A stretch of DNA of 32,000 nt from Phycisphaera mikurensis NBRC 102666 (lineage in GTDB: Bacteria > Planctomycetota > Phycisphaerae > Phycisphaerales > Phycisphaeraceae), in contig NC_017080.1 in NCBI RefSeq assembly GCF_000284115.1, forward strand, positions 3,390,001 through 3,422,000. The letters are read 5' to 3'. The notes beneath the pieces were generated by a model that searched no databases, was not told where the DNA came from, and saw only the letters and a list, made by a program, of their open reading frames with translations. Shown here piece by piece: positions 1 to 9,324 of the stretch. Position numbers and translations under genes: made by a program. Numbering within the stretch: the first letter of the stretch is position 1; each line of letters opens with the position of its first letter.

Positions 1-146
1 ACGGGTGAGGCGTCGGGCGGGCCCGGCCGGCCGCGGGCGACGCGGACGCGAGACCGGCTCGGCCCGTTCTCCCGCGGTTCCTACACTCGCCGCCCGCGCG
101 TGCGGCCGAACCCGATCCTCCGAAGACCTCAGAAGAAGACCTTTTC

Positions 147-782
147 ATGCCGCTGATCCCGATGGTCATCGAAAAGTCCGGGCGTGGCGAACGCGCCTTC
201 GACATCTACTCGCGCCTGCTCAAGGACCGGATCATCTTCCTGGGTGGCCCGGTGACGGACGACTCGGCGAACCTGATCATCGCTCAGCTGCTCTTCCTCT
301 CCAACGAGAACGCCGAGGAAGACATCCACTTCTACATCAACTCCCCCGGCGGCAGCGTGTCCGCCGGGCTGGGCGTCTACGACACGATGCAGTTCGTCCG
401 CCCCAAGATCTGCACCTACTGCATCGGCGTCGCCGCCTCCATGGGGCAGATGCTGCTGATGGCCGGCAGCGAGGGCAAGCGTTTCATGCTGCCCAACAGC
501 CGCGTGCTCATGCACCAGCCGCTCATGGGCGGCGTGATGCAGGGCCAGGCCACCGACCTGTCGATCCAAGCCAAGGAGATGCTGCGAACCCGCAAGCGGC
601 TCTTCGAGTTGATGGTCCACCACACGGGGCAGGACTACGAGAAGATCGCCCGCGACTGCGAGCGCGACCTCTGGCTGGACGCCGAGGAAACGGTGGAGTA
701 CGGCGTGGCCGACACGGTGCTGCAGCACCTGCCGACGGTGAAGCCCAGCGACGACAGCGGCGACGCCCCCGATGAGGACTGA
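147..782 (+). CDS. clpP: ATP-dependent Clp protease proteolytic subunit ClpP
   Basis: Full-length ClpP-like protein; motifs [39 protein letters not shown], catalytic region [11 protein letters not shown] and [12 protein letters not shown]. Confidence 0.97.
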   Translation: MPLIPMVIEKSGRGERAFDIYSRLLKDRIIFLGGPVTDDSANLIIAQLLFLSNENAEEDIHFYINSPGGSVSAGLGVYDTMQFVRPKICTYCIGVAASMGQMLLMAGSEGKRFMLPNSRVLMHQPLMGGVMQGQATDLSIQAKEMLRTRKRLFELMVHHTGQDYEKIARDCERDLWLDAEETVEYGVADTVLQHLPTVKPSDDSGDAPDED

Positions 783-1428
783 GCCAGCCGGCCGCCGGTC
801 CTCCCTCCGAGTGCCCGCCGCGCTCGCGGTCGGCTCCGCGACGCTGTTCGCCTGGGGCTGCGGCCCGGGCAACTTCGCGAACACGAACGACCGGCTGCGT
901 CGCGAGAACCTGGAGCTGCAGCAGTCGGTCGACGAGCTGTCGCGGCGGCTCGAACGCGAGGTGCAGGCCCAGGAGGTGCTCCTCGCCCGCGCGTCGGGCG
1001 CCGCGGGCTCCCTCCCCGAGGGCGCCCGCCCGCCGGTGCTCGTCGGGGTGACGATGGACCGCTACGGGGCCGCCGTCGACGAGAACGGCGACGGGCTCGA
1101 CGACCTCGTCCGGCTCTACGTGTACCCGCGGGACCAGCAGGACCGGATGCTGCCCAGCGCCGGGACGCTGACCGCTCGCGTGCTCGACCTCTCCACACCC
1201 GAGCCGACGGTGCTCGGCCGCACGGAGCTGGATCCAGCCGCCTTCGACGCGGCCTACCGCGACGGCTTCACCGGGCCGTACTACCGGGTGGAGGTGCCCC
1301 TGACGGCGCTGGCCGGGCGACCGGCGGGGCAGCGGCCGCGGGAGGTCACGGCGATCGTGTCGCTGGCGCCCGCCGTCGGCGGCCCGGCGCTGACGGCGCA
1401 GCGCGTCTTTGAACTCGACCGCGAGTGA
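772..1428 (+). CDS. Putative lipoprotein of unknown function with short coiled-coil segment
   Basis: ORF overlaps the clpP stop by 11 bp; hydrophobic N-terminus ending [11 protein letters not shown] (lipobox-like), followed by [26 protein letters not shown] coiled coil. Confidence 0.75.
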   Translation: MRTEPAGRRSSLRVPAALAVGSATLFAWGCGPGNFANTNDRLRRENLELQQSVDELSRRLEREVQAQEVLLARASGAAGSLPEGARPPVLVGVTMDRYGAAVDENGDGLDDLVRLYVYPRDQQDRMLPSAGTLTARVLDLSTPEPTVLGRTELDPAAFDAAYRDGFTGPYYRVEVPLTALAGRPAGQRPREVTAIVSLAPAVGGPALTAQRVFELDRE

Positions 1429-1490
1429 AGCCCGGCGGGCGCGCGGGCTCGCTGGCATCGGGCCCGAGGGATGCCCCGGCGCGGCGGGCC

Positions 1491-2417
1491 TCACCCCGCC
1501 GCCGCGAGGGCGGCGAGGTCCTGCAGGCGGTCGCCGAGGGCGGCGGGAACGACGCGGCAGCGGTCGGCGACGGCGGGCAGCACCTCGGCGGCGAAGGCTG
1601 CGCGGACCTGTCCGATCCACCGCTCGCCCAGCCGGGGGGCGAGGCTGCCGAGCACTATCGCCCCGGGCACGAGCAGGTCGCCGAGGATCGCGGCGGTCCG
1701 GCCGGTCATGCGGGCGTGCAGGGCGAGCGTGGCGAGGGCGTCGGCATCGCCCGCCGCGGCGAGGGCGGAGAGCGCCGGGCCCGCCGGGGCGGGCTGCGTC
1801 CCGCCCGGCCCCCAGCGGGCGGGCGCCGCGGCCGCGGCGACGCCGGGCAGCCCGGCCCCCGCGCACCAGGCCTCCACGCAGCCGCGCTTGCCGAAGGCTT
1901 CGGGGTCGTCGGGGCCGTCCGTAAGCCGCACGTGGCCCAGCTCCGGCGAGCGGCCCCCGGCCCCCACCCAGGCCTCGCCGCGGAGCACGAGCCCCGCCCC
2001 CATGCCGGTGCCGCAGGTCAGGAAGGCCAGCGTGACCGGCTGGTCGAGGCCGCGGCCGACGCCCCACCGCGCCTCGGCCAGGGCACAGGCCGCGGCGTCG
2101 TGCATGACGCGAACGGGAAGGCCCAGCGCGTCGGTCAGCCGGGCACGCAGCGGGATCGCGTCCCAGCCCGGCAGATTCGGCGGGGCGTGGATGACGCCGG
2201 CCTCGGCGTCGAGCGGCCCGCCGATGGAGACGCCGACCGACGCCACGCCCGCGTGCCGATCCATGAACCCGCGGGCGGCGCGGACCAAGCGGTCGATCAT
2301 CGAATCGGGGCCACGGTCCGCGGCGGAGGGCCACTGGACCCGCTCGATCACCTCACCCTCGGCGGTGCCCACCACCGCGGCGCACTTCGTCCCGCCCACG
2401 TCGAGCCCGAGCCTCAC
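1491..2417 (-). CDS. ROK-family sugar kinase (glucokinase-like)
   Basis: GTG start at 2417 gives VRLGLDVGGTKCAAVVG; ASVGVSIGGPLD, HDAAACALAEARWG, LTCGTGMGAGLVLRG, ELGHVRL, GKRGCVEAWCAG are ROK signatures. The track ORF extends too far upstream. Confidence 0.9.
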   Translation of the reverse strand: MRLGLDVGGTKCAAVVGTAEGEVIERVQWPSAADRGPDSMIDRLVRAARGFMDRHAGVASVGVSIGGPLDAEAGVIHAPPNLPGWDAIPLRARLTDALGLPVRVMHDAAACALAEARWGVGRGLDQPVTLAFLTCGTGMGAGLVLRGEAWVGAGGRSPELGHVRLTDGPDDPEAFGKRGCVEAWCAGAGLPGVAAAAAPARWGPGGTQPAPAGPALSALAAAGDADALATLALHARMTGRTAAILGDLLVPGAIVLGSLAPRLGERWIGQVRAAFAAEVLPAVADRCRVVPAALGDRLQDLAALAAAG

Positions 2418-3085
2418 GCCCCCGCTCCCGCGGCGAGCGGCGGGAAGAGACGCCGCTCCAGCATCGCGCACGCCGCGTGGTAGAACGCGAGGTGGTACTC
2501 CTGGGCGCGGAAGGTTTCGGCGGACGGCGCCCGGACGAGGACGTCGCAGAGGCCGCCTAGTGCGCTGTCGGCCGAGCCGGTGAAGCCGATCGTGCCCGCC
2601 CCGCGGATCCTCGCCGCCCGCAGCGCCTGCACCACGTTGGCCGAGTTGCCCGACGTGCTCAGGCCCAGCACCACGTCGCCGGGCCGGGCCAGCGCCCACA
2701 CCTGCTGGGCGAACACGAGGTCGGCCCCGCAGTCGTTCGCGGTCGCGGTCGTGACCGCCGCCGGGCACGCGAGGCTCACCGCCCGCACGCCCTGCTCAAG
2801 CCGCCCCGCCATGTCGGCGCCCGCTTCGCCGAAGGCTTCGGCGAAGGCTTGCTTCTCCTCGACCCGCAGCGGCCGCTCCGCCCGGAAGCTCTTCACCAGC
2901 TCGCCGGCGATGTGGCCCGCGTCGGCGGCGCTCCCGCCGTTGCCGCAGGTGTAAAGCGTGCCGCCGGCGTGGGCCATCGCCTCCAGCACCCCGACGACCC
3001 CGGACAGCGCCGCCTCGCCCCCCGCCCAGCCGGGGCAGGAGGCGCGGAGCTCGTCGCGGATCCGGGCTTCATCGGGAGCGGCCAT
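2414..3085 (-). CDS. gmhA: SIS-domain phosphosugar isomerase, sedoheptulose-7-phosphate isomerase (GmhA)-like
   Basis: YTCGNGGSAADAGHIAGELVKSF and GLSTSGNSANVVQALRAAR typical of GmhA/SIS; 4-bp GTGA overlap with the downstream ROK kinase. Confidence 0.88.
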   Translation of the reverse strand: MAAPDEARIRDELRASCPGWAGGEAALSGVVGVLEAMAHAGGTLYTCGNGGSAADAGHIAGELVKSFRAERPLRVEEKQAFAEAFGEAGADMAGRLEQGVRAVSLACPAAVTTATANDCGADLVFAQQVWALARPGDVVLGLSTSGNSANVVQALRAARIRGAGTIGFTGSADSALGGLCDVLVRAPSAETFRAQEYHLAFYHAACAMLERRLFPPLAAGAGA

Positions 3086-3282
3086 CCCGCCGACGCTACC
3101 GGCTCCGCGAAATCACCGCGACGCCGACGCGACCGGGCCTGACGCCCGCGGTGCGGGGCACGGCAGCAACCCCGCCGGGGCGCAGGCCATCGGCACCGGC
3201 GCACGCACCCGAGCGAATGCGGTCGGCTCGTCCTCCTCGCGCCGCCCGCGCCCCGGCCGGTCCCGGATTCCTACGGTCGCCC

Positions 3283-4431
3283 GTGCGGCACGCCTGCTCG
3301 ATCCTGCTGCTGGCGACGGCGTGCACCCTCCAGAGCGGATGCCTGGCGGGGTTTGTGGCGGATCGGCTGATCGCGCCGACGAACGGGGGCGACCTGGCGG
3401 GCGTGGTGCCGCTGGAGGGCCCGGGGATCTTCAACGGGGGCGGCTCGCTGGCGGTGGGCCCGCCGGAGTCGCCGGCGACGATCGTGTACTGGGTGATGGA
3501 GCCGGGGCCTTTCGCGGCCGAGGCGGTGCCGGTGGGCGAGCCGCGGACCGACCTCGACGACGTGCCCGCCGCGGCGGACCGAGGGCAGGGGCAGCGGTGG
3601 GTGGTCGTGCGGGCGAGCCACCCGCAGCTCGATCACGACCTCGTGCTGCGGCGGCCGGTGGCCGACGCGGGGCCGCAGCCGCTGGGCGCCCGCGGCGCGG
3701 CGGCGACGGTCTTCCTGCTGCAGGGCTGGGGCTCGCGCCAGCGAACCCTCCCGTACCTGTGGCACGTGGCGGGCTGGCTGGCCGACGCCGGGTGCCGGGT
3801 GATCCTGCCGGACCTCCGGGCGCAGGGCGATTCCTCCGGCGCCCACCTCACCTTCGGGATGCACGAGCGGCACGATCTTGCGGCGCTCGCGACGCACCTG
3901 CGGGCGGCCGGGCTCCTGGAGGGGCCGCTGGGCGTGGTCGGCCACTCCTACGGCGGCGCCACGGCGATCCAGTGGGCGGCCACCGACCCGCGGGTCGCCC
4001 GGATCCTCGCGCTGAGCCCCTACGCCGACGGGGAAACGACCGGTGACACGGTGCGCAACCTGCTGCGGGAGAAGTCCGGCGTGCTCGCTCTTCTGCTGCG
4101 CCCGCTGCTGACCGACGCCTTCTTCGAGCGCGTCGGCGTCCGCATCGGCGAGAAGATCGGCAGCGGGCCCGACGACGGCAGCCCGATCGCGAGCCTCCGG
4201 CAGATCGACACCCCGCTGCTGCTCGTGCACGGGAGCGACGACCGCAACGTGCCCGTTCGCAACGCGTCGCGGCTGCGGGACGCGCGGCCGGCCGGCACCA
4301 CCTTCTGGCGGATCGACGGGGCCGCTCACTACGACTACCTCTTCACGCACCAGCGCGGCTTGCACGAGCGGCTCGACGCGTGGGTCGCCGCGCTCCGCTC
4401 CGCGGACCGCGGCCCGGAAGCGCCGCCGTGA
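3283..4431 (+). CDS. Alpha/beta hydrolase, predicted lipoprotein
   Basis: GTG start at 3283 gives VRHACSILLLATACTLQSGC (lipoprotein signal); alpha/beta hydrolase features VVGHSYGGATAIQWA, LLLVHGSDDRNVPVRNA, GAAHYDYLF. Confidence 0.85.
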   Translation: MRHACSILLLATACTLQSGCLAGFVADRLIAPTNGGDLAGVVPLEGPGIFNGGGSLAVGPPESPATIVYWVMEPGPFAAEAVPVGEPRTDLDDVPAAADRGQGQRWVVVRASHPQLDHDLVLRRPVADAGPQPLGARGAAATVFLLQGWGSRQRTLPYLWHVAGWLADAGCRVILPDLRAQGDSSGAHLTFGMHERHDLAALATHLRAAGLLEGPLGVVGHSYGGATAIQWAATDPRVARILALSPYADGETTGDTVRNLLREKSGVLALLLRPLLTDAFFERVGVRIGEKIGSGPDDGSPIASLRQIDTPLLLVHGSDDRNVPVRNASRLRDARPAGTTFWRIDGAAHYDYLFTHQRGLHERLDAWVAALRSADRGPEAPP

Positions 4432-4445
4432 GCCGCGGTCCGCGG
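4400..4445. terminator. Perfect 13-bp inverted repeat hairpin spanning the hydrolase stop codon
   Basis: CCGCGGACCGCGG (4400..4412) and CCGCGGTCCGCGG (4433..4445) separated by 20 nt, with an extra TCCGCGG half-copy at 4446..4452. Terminator role is inferred; there is no U-tract. Confidence 0.4.
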
Positions 4446-4476
4446 TCCGCGGATGCCCGCGAGCCCCCCCCGCGCT

Positions 4477-4572
4477 TCAGCGCGTCTTGAAGATGCGCCA
4501 CAGGCACCACGCGTTCAGCAGCACGACGGCCGTCACCGACACCGACATCGCCACCCATCCACCGGCCGTCAT
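4477..4572 (-). CDS. MetS-like small subunit of NSS transporter (31 aa)
   Basis: MTAGGWVAMSVSVTAVVLLNAWCLWRIFKTR, single TM helix, 4-bp ATGA overlap with the NSS transporter gene. Embedded at the end of the longer spurious ORF 4477..6012. Confidence 0.75.
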   Translation of the reverse strand: MTAGGWVAMSVSVTAVVLLNAWCLWRIFKTR

Positions 4573-6248
4573 GACGTTGCTCCGCTTATCCAGGTCGACT
4601 CGTCCTCTTCGGCTTGCTGGTCCTCGGACATCCGCTGCCACCGGGGCACCGCCATGCGGATCGCCATCAGCGTGCCGAAGATCACCAAGCCCATGAAGCC
4701 GACCGAGGCGGCGACGACGGGATCGCTGAACACGGCGGCGAACATGCCGCCGTCTCGCGTGACGAGCTGGTCGTAGAGGAACGCCACGAACAGCACGCCC
4801 AGGTAGATCGGGCACACCCAGCGGACGACGAAGCCAAGCAGCCGCGGCACCCGCATGGCGGCCCCCCGGTCGAGCTCGGCCATGCCCCGCTCGGGGCCGA
4901 GCACCCAGCCGAAGAGGATCGTCTGCGTGAAGGCGAGCACGTAGATGAACAGCGTGCCCACCCAGGTGTCCAGCGTGTCGAGCGCCTTGGCGTCTTCGCT
5001 GAAGACCAGCACCAGCAGCGTGCCGGCGGCCGCGACCGCGGCCAGCAGGCCGACTGCTTTCGCGCGCGTCAGGCCCAGCCCCTCCTCGAAGAGCGCGAGC
5101 GCCCCCTGCAGCATCGACAGCGAGCTGGTCGCCGCCGCAAGGAAGAGCAGGAAGAAGAACAGGAAGCCGAAGAGGCGGCCGCCGGGCATCGCGTCGAAGA
5201 CCAGCGGGAGCGTCATGAAGCCCAGGTTGAAGGTGCTCGCCGCCGCGGCGGTGAGCGCCGTGGCCGAGAGGAACAGCGCCGCGGCGGGGATGGTGATCAG
5301 CCCGCCGAGGCACACCTCGCACAGCTCGTTGCCGGCCGCGGCGGAGACGCCCGAGAGTGCGATGTCCTCGTTGCGCTTCACGTAGCTGGAGTAGACGATG
5401 ATCAGCCCGAAGCCGATCGAGAGCGAGAAGAAGATCTGGCCGGTCGCCTCCACCCACATCGTCGGGTCGAGCAGCTGCTGCCGCCAGCCCGCGGCGTCGG
5501 CCGGCGGGTTCCACATCTGTCCGAGCCCCTCGGCGATGCCCGGCAGCGTCAGCACGCGGAGCAGCACGACGAAGGCGCACAGGATCAGGGCCGGCATCGC
5601 GAGCAGGCAGAACCTCTCGATGCCCCGGCTCACGCCCCGGGCGATGAGGCCGAAGTTCAGCGCGAAGCACAGCAGCACGGCCAGCAGCAGCCCCGGCTTG
5701 GCGAAGGCGGCGCCGTTGGCGTCGAGCCCGGCCCAGTCCGTGAAGAGCCCGACGAAGGGCGAAGCGTCGACCTCGCCGGCCGCGGCACCCGCCGCCGCCC
5801 GCTCGCCGAGCTCGGCCATCGTCCCCGTCAGGAAGAACCACGCGTAGCTGAGGCACCAGGCCTCGATCAACACGTAGTACATGAAGATGATGACCGGCAC
5901 GATCGTGCCCAGCGTGCCCAGGTACGCCATCCCCCGCTTCTGCGAGAGCGCCCAGTAGATGCCCGGCGTCGAGTGGAAGCCTTTGCGGCCGCCGCGTCGG
6001 CCCAGCGCCCACTCGGCCCAGGCCAGCGGGATGCCCAGCACCAGCAGCGCCACGAAGTACGGGACCATGAATGCCCCGCCCTCGTACTTCGCGGCGAGGC
6101 CGGGGAAGCGGAGGAAGTTGCCGAGGCCGACGGCCGAACCCACCACCGCGAGGATCACCCCGACGCGGGTGCCCCAGTGGTCGCCGCCGGCGCCGGCGGC
6201 GGGCGGTGGGGCCGGGGCGGGCTCGGCGGCTGCGGGTGGTTCGGGCAT
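4569..6248 (-). CDS. Sodium-dependent neurotransmitter symporter (NSS/SNF) family transporter
   Basis: GTRVGVILAVVGSAVGLGNFLRFPGLAAKYEGGAFMVPYFVALLVLGIPLAWAEW is the canonical NSS TM1-TM2; likely start MPEPPAAAEP at 6248. Confidence 0.94.
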   Translation of the reverse strand: MPEPPAAAEPAPAPPPAAGAGGDHWGTRVGVILAVVGSAVGLGNFLRFPGLAAKYEGGAFMVPYFVALLVLGIPLAWAEWALGRRGGRKGFHSTPGIYWALSQKRGMAYLGTLGTIVPVIIFMYYVLIEAWCLSYAWFFLTGTMAELGERAAAGAAAGEVDASPFVGLFTDWAGLDANGAAFAKPGLLLAVLLCFALNFGLIARGVSRGIERFCLLAMPALILCAFVVLLRVLTLPGIAEGLGQMWNPPADAAGWRQQLLDPTMWVEATGQIFFSLSIGFGLIIVYSSYVKRNEDIALSGVSAAAGNELCEVCLGGLITIPAAALFLSATALTAAAASTFNLGFMTLPLVFDAMPGGRLFGFLFFFLLFLAAATSSLSMLQGALALFEEGLGLTRAKAVGLLAAVAAAGTLLVLVFSEDAKALDTLDTWVGTLFIYVLAFTQTILFGWVLGPERGMAELDRGAAMRVPRLLGFVVRWVCPIYLGVLFVAFLYDQLVTRDGGMFAAVFSDPVVAASVGFMGLVIFGTLMAIRMAVPRWQRMSEDQQAEEDESTWISGATS

Positions 6249-6413
6249 GGGGCTTGCGAGGCGCGGACGGGCAGGCCCCTGCAAAGTAATGCGGCGCCGC
6301 AAAACACGGAGGCGCAAGGCGAAGGTGTCAGGTACATTCATCCGACCGCCGGCCGAGCCCGACGCCCGGCTCCGGGCGGACCCGCGGGGCGATCTGGCCG
6401 ATACGCCGGATCC

Positions 6414-7058
6414 ATGGAAGCTCCTCTCGCCCCCGCCGCCCCGCACGCCGTCACCGTTCCCGCGTGGGCGCTGCACCGACGCCTCTACGACTGGACGCTG
6501 AACCTCGCGAACACGAAACACGCGACGTCGTCGCTGGCGGCGATCTCCTTCGCCGAATCGAGCTTCTTCCCGATCCCGCCCGACGCCCTGCTCGCGCCCC
6601 TTTGCATGGGCAACCGCAGCAAAGCGTGGTGGTTCGGCTTCGTCTGCACCGCGGCGTCCATCGCCGGGGCGCTGCTCGGCTACCTCATCGGCTGGGGCTT
6701 CTGGGAGGCCACCTCCGGCTTCTTCTTCAACTACATCCCCGGCTTCAGCGAGGAGAAGTTCGCGACCGTGGAGGCCTGGTACGCCCGGTATGGCGCTTGG
6801 ATCCTCTTCGCCGCGGCCTTCACGCCGATCCCCTTCAAGATCTTCACGATCGGCGGCGGCGCGCTCTCGCAGGCGTTGCTGCCCTTCCTGCTCGCGGCCA
6901 CGGTCGGCCGCGCGGCGCGATTCTTCCTCGTCGCCGCGCTCTTCCGCTGGGCCGGCGACCGCGCTCAGCCCTTCATCGACAAGTGGTTCAACCTGCTGTG
7001 CGTGCTGGCGGTGGCGCTGCTGATCGGCGGCTTCGCGGCGCTCAAGCTTCTGCACTGA
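6414..7058 (+). CDS. VTT/DedA-family-like membrane protein
   Basis: SSLAAISFAESSFFPIPPDALLAPLCMGN, YGAWILFAAAFTPIPFKIFTIGGGAL; multiple TM helices. Confidence 0.88.
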   Translation: MEAPLAPAAPHAVTVPAWALHRRLYDWTLNLANTKHATSSLAAISFAESSFFPIPPDALLAPLCMGNRSKAWWFGFVCTAASIAGALLGYLIGWGFWEATSGFFFNYIPGFSEEKFATVEAWYARYGAWILFAAAFTPIPFKIFTIGGGALSQALLPFLLAATVGRAARFFLVAALFRWAGDRAQPFIDKWFNLLCVLAVALLIGGFAALKLLH

Positions 7059-7320
7059 GGCCTCCGAGCCGATCGTCCGGGTTCCGCGGGCGGGGACCGC
7101 GGCCGCGCGCTCGACCCGCCCCCGCGGCGGGACCCGGTCCGCCGCGGGGCGACGCGACGCCGTCGCGAATGCGGGCCGCCCCCGGCCGGCGTGGCCCCGC
7201 TGCCGAAGAGCCGGCGGGCGCCGCGGGTATCGGCGCCGCGTGGGAACGCCCGCGCGATCCTGGTCCGAAGGACGACCCTGCTCAGGAGCCGGGCGACGCC
7301 CGCCTCTACGTTCCTCCGCC

Positions 7321-8556
7321 TTGGATCTCTCCCCGCTCCGCCGCCAGTACTTCTTCACCTACATGGTGATGGGCTCGATCGCGCCCTTCATCTCCGTCTG
7401 GCTGCGGGAGCAGGGGCTCTCCAAGCCGCAGGTGGGCTCGGTGATGACGCTCACGGGCGCGGCGGTGCTGGTGACGCCGGTGATCACGACGGCGTTCGCC
7501 GACGCGGCGATCGCGACGCGGCGGATCGTCGGCGGGTGCTTCGCGCTGGCGATCCTCGCGCTGGCCGGGCTCTCCGTCGCCGGCGCGGCCGGGGCGCCGG
7601 TGGTCCTGATCGGCGTGCTGTACGGGCTCTACGCGCTCACGCAGGCGCCGCTGCCGCCGCTGCAGGACGGGCTCTTCTTCCGGACGGCGGGGGCGGGCGC
7701 CGGCCCGGGGTCGCGCTACCACCGCACGCGGGTGTTCGGCACGGTCGGCTTCATCGGGCCCTCGCTGGTGCTCTTCTTCTGGCTGCGGGAAACCGGGCGG
7801 ACCGACGCGGCGCTGCACGTGGGCGCCGTCGCGGCGGGCCTGGGCCTGCTCAACGCCTTCACGCTGCCCAGCGACCGGGCACCCGCGGCCGGCGCGGCCG
7901 GCGCGGCCCCCGCGGAGCCGGCCGAGAAGCCGAAGCGGCGCGGTGCCTCGCTGCCGACCGTCGCCGCGGCGAGGGCCGTCGCCCGCGACCCGGTGATGCT
8001 CGCCTACTGGGCGGCGATGTGGCTGCTCGCGGCGGTGTCGGGCTCGTACTACAGCTTCTACCCGCTGTACCTCACCGAGGCGGTCGGCATCGGCCGGGAG
8101 TGGGTGGGCCTCATCTCCAACCTCGGCGTGCTCGTCGAGCTCGGCTTCATGCTCGCCTTCGGCAGGCTGGTCGGCCGCTTCGGGCTCCAGGCGGTGGTGC
8201 TCGCCGGCGTCGCCGCCGTCCTCGTGCGGATGGTCCTGCTCGCCGCCTTCCCCACGCCCGCGGTCGCCGTCGGCACGCAGGCCTTCCACGGCCTGATGGT
8301 GCTGCTGCTGTTCGTGACGCCGCCGGTGTTCCTGAACGCCCGGGCGCAGGAAAGCTTCCGCAGCTCGATCCAGGGCCTCTTCGCGATGCTGGTCTTCGGC
8401 ACCGGCCGCATGACCGGCACCTTCACCAGCGGCTGGATCTCCGAGGGCTTCGGCCTCCCCGCGGTGTACGCGGCGGCCTCGGCGGCCGCCCTGCTGGCCG
8501 GCGTCGTCCTGCTGCTGACGCCGCTGGGCGGGCGGGTGGAACCGGCGGCCTCGTGA
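7321..8556 (+). CDS. Major facilitator superfamily transporter (nucleoside/H+ symporter- or LacY-like)
   Basis: 12-TM style protein; TTG start at 7321 gives (M)DLSPLRRQYFFTYMVMGSIAPFISVWLREQGLSKPQVGSVMTLTGAAVLVTPVITTAFAD. Upstream GTG at 7240 would add a non-MFS tail. Confidence 0.85.
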   Translation: MDLSPLRRQYFFTYMVMGSIAPFISVWLREQGLSKPQVGSVMTLTGAAVLVTPVITTAFADAAIATRRIVGGCFALAILALAGLSVAGAAGAPVVLIGVLYGLYALTQAPLPPLQDGLFFRTAGAGAGPGSRYHRTRVFGTVGFIGPSLVLFFWLRETGRTDAALHVGAVAAGLGLLNAFTLPSDRAPAAGAAGAAPAEPAEKPKRRGASLPTVAAARAVARDPVMLAYWAAMWLLAAVSGSYYSFYPLYLTEAVGIGREWVGLISNLGVLVELGFMLAFGRLVGRFGLQAVVLAGVAAVLVRMVLLAAFPTPAVAVGTQAFHGLMVLLLFVTPPVFLNARAQESFRSSIQGLFAMLVFGTGRMTGTFTSGWISEGFGLPAVYAAASAAALLAGVVLLLTPLGGRVEPAAS

Positions 8557-8653
8557 GCGGGACGGCGGGGAGGCGCGGCGCGACCGGCAAGGCGGCCGGC
8601 GCGGCCAGCCCCCCACCGCGCCGGGAAGCTCCCGCCCGGCGGCGGCATCGGGA

Positions 8654-9121
8654 TCACCCGGCGGCTCGGAGCGCACGCTCGGGCGCGTAGTGCCGCTCGA
8701 GGAACGCGTCGATCGCGCCCGAGGCGGCGACGCGGAAGTGCGTGGGGCCGGCGATGCGGTGGGCGGCGAAGGTGACGGCCCGGGCCAGCCGCGTGCGGCA
8801 CGCGGCGATCAGAAGCTCCCCGGACGCCTCGAAGCGGAGCGGCACCATGCGGAACTGCGACGCCTGCCGGCGGTGCAGCATCGCCAGCGCCGCGGGCTCG
8901 GGCTCGACGCCCCGCAGCGTCAGCGTGCCCGTGGCGCGGTGGTACTGCTCCACCCAGGCCTCCTCGATCCCGTCGACGCTGACGCCGAACATCCGCTCGG
9001 CCAGCAGCCCGAAGGGCACCGGGCCCTCCTCTTGCCGCCGGGCGACCTCCTCGGCCTGATCCCGGGTCAGGCGGCCCTGCTGCACCAGCAGCTCTCCGAT
9101 CCGCAGCACGTGTCCGTTCAT
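8654..9121 (-). CDS. Unknown protein with GspE/PilB N-terminal-like domain
   Basis: MNGHVLRIGELLVQQGRLTRDQAEEVARRQEEGPVPFGLLAERMFGVSVDGIEEAWVEQYHRATG resembles type II secretion/type IV pilus ATPase N-terminal domains; no ATPase domain follows. Confidence 0.7.
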   Translation of the reverse strand: MNGHVLRIGELLVQQGRLTRDQAEEVARRQEEGPVPFGLLAERMFGVSVDGIEEAWVEQYHRATGTLTLRGVEPEPAALAMLHRRQASQFRMVPLRFEASGELLIAACRTRLARAVTFAAHRIAGPTHFRVAASGAIDAFLERHYAPERALRAAG

Positions 9122-9200
9122 TCTCTCGCTCCTCTCGTGGCGTCGGCGTGACGCCCGCAGCGCAGGGATCGGCCGTCGCGGGCCCGCACGGGGGCCGGTG

Positions 9201-9223
9201 GCGGGCTTTTCGCGGGAAAGCCC
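9201..9223 (-). terminator. Hairpin downstream of the SH3-domain gene
   Basis: CGGGCTTT (9201..9208), 7-nt loop, AAAGCCCG (9216..9223), between two minus-strand genes. Confidence 0.35.
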
Positions 9224-9324
9224 GGCCGCGGCGACGCCGCAGCCCGCACCGGCCGCACAGCCCGCCGCGGAACCGCTTCGGCGGCCATCGCGGCCGAAGC
9301 CGGGCTGAAGTCCGAGACGCGGGC

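Noticed and set aside
5-775. 256-aa ORF overlapping clpP
   Set aside because: Different frame over a clear clpP gene; low-complexity Arg-rich translation.
4477-6012. 511-aa minus-strand ORF
   Set aside because: Overlaps the NSS transporter out of frame; only the terminal 31 aa (MetS-like) is credible.
4614-7058. 814-aa plus-strand ORF
   Set aside because: Antisense to the NSS transporter until about 6250; the real gene starts at 6414.
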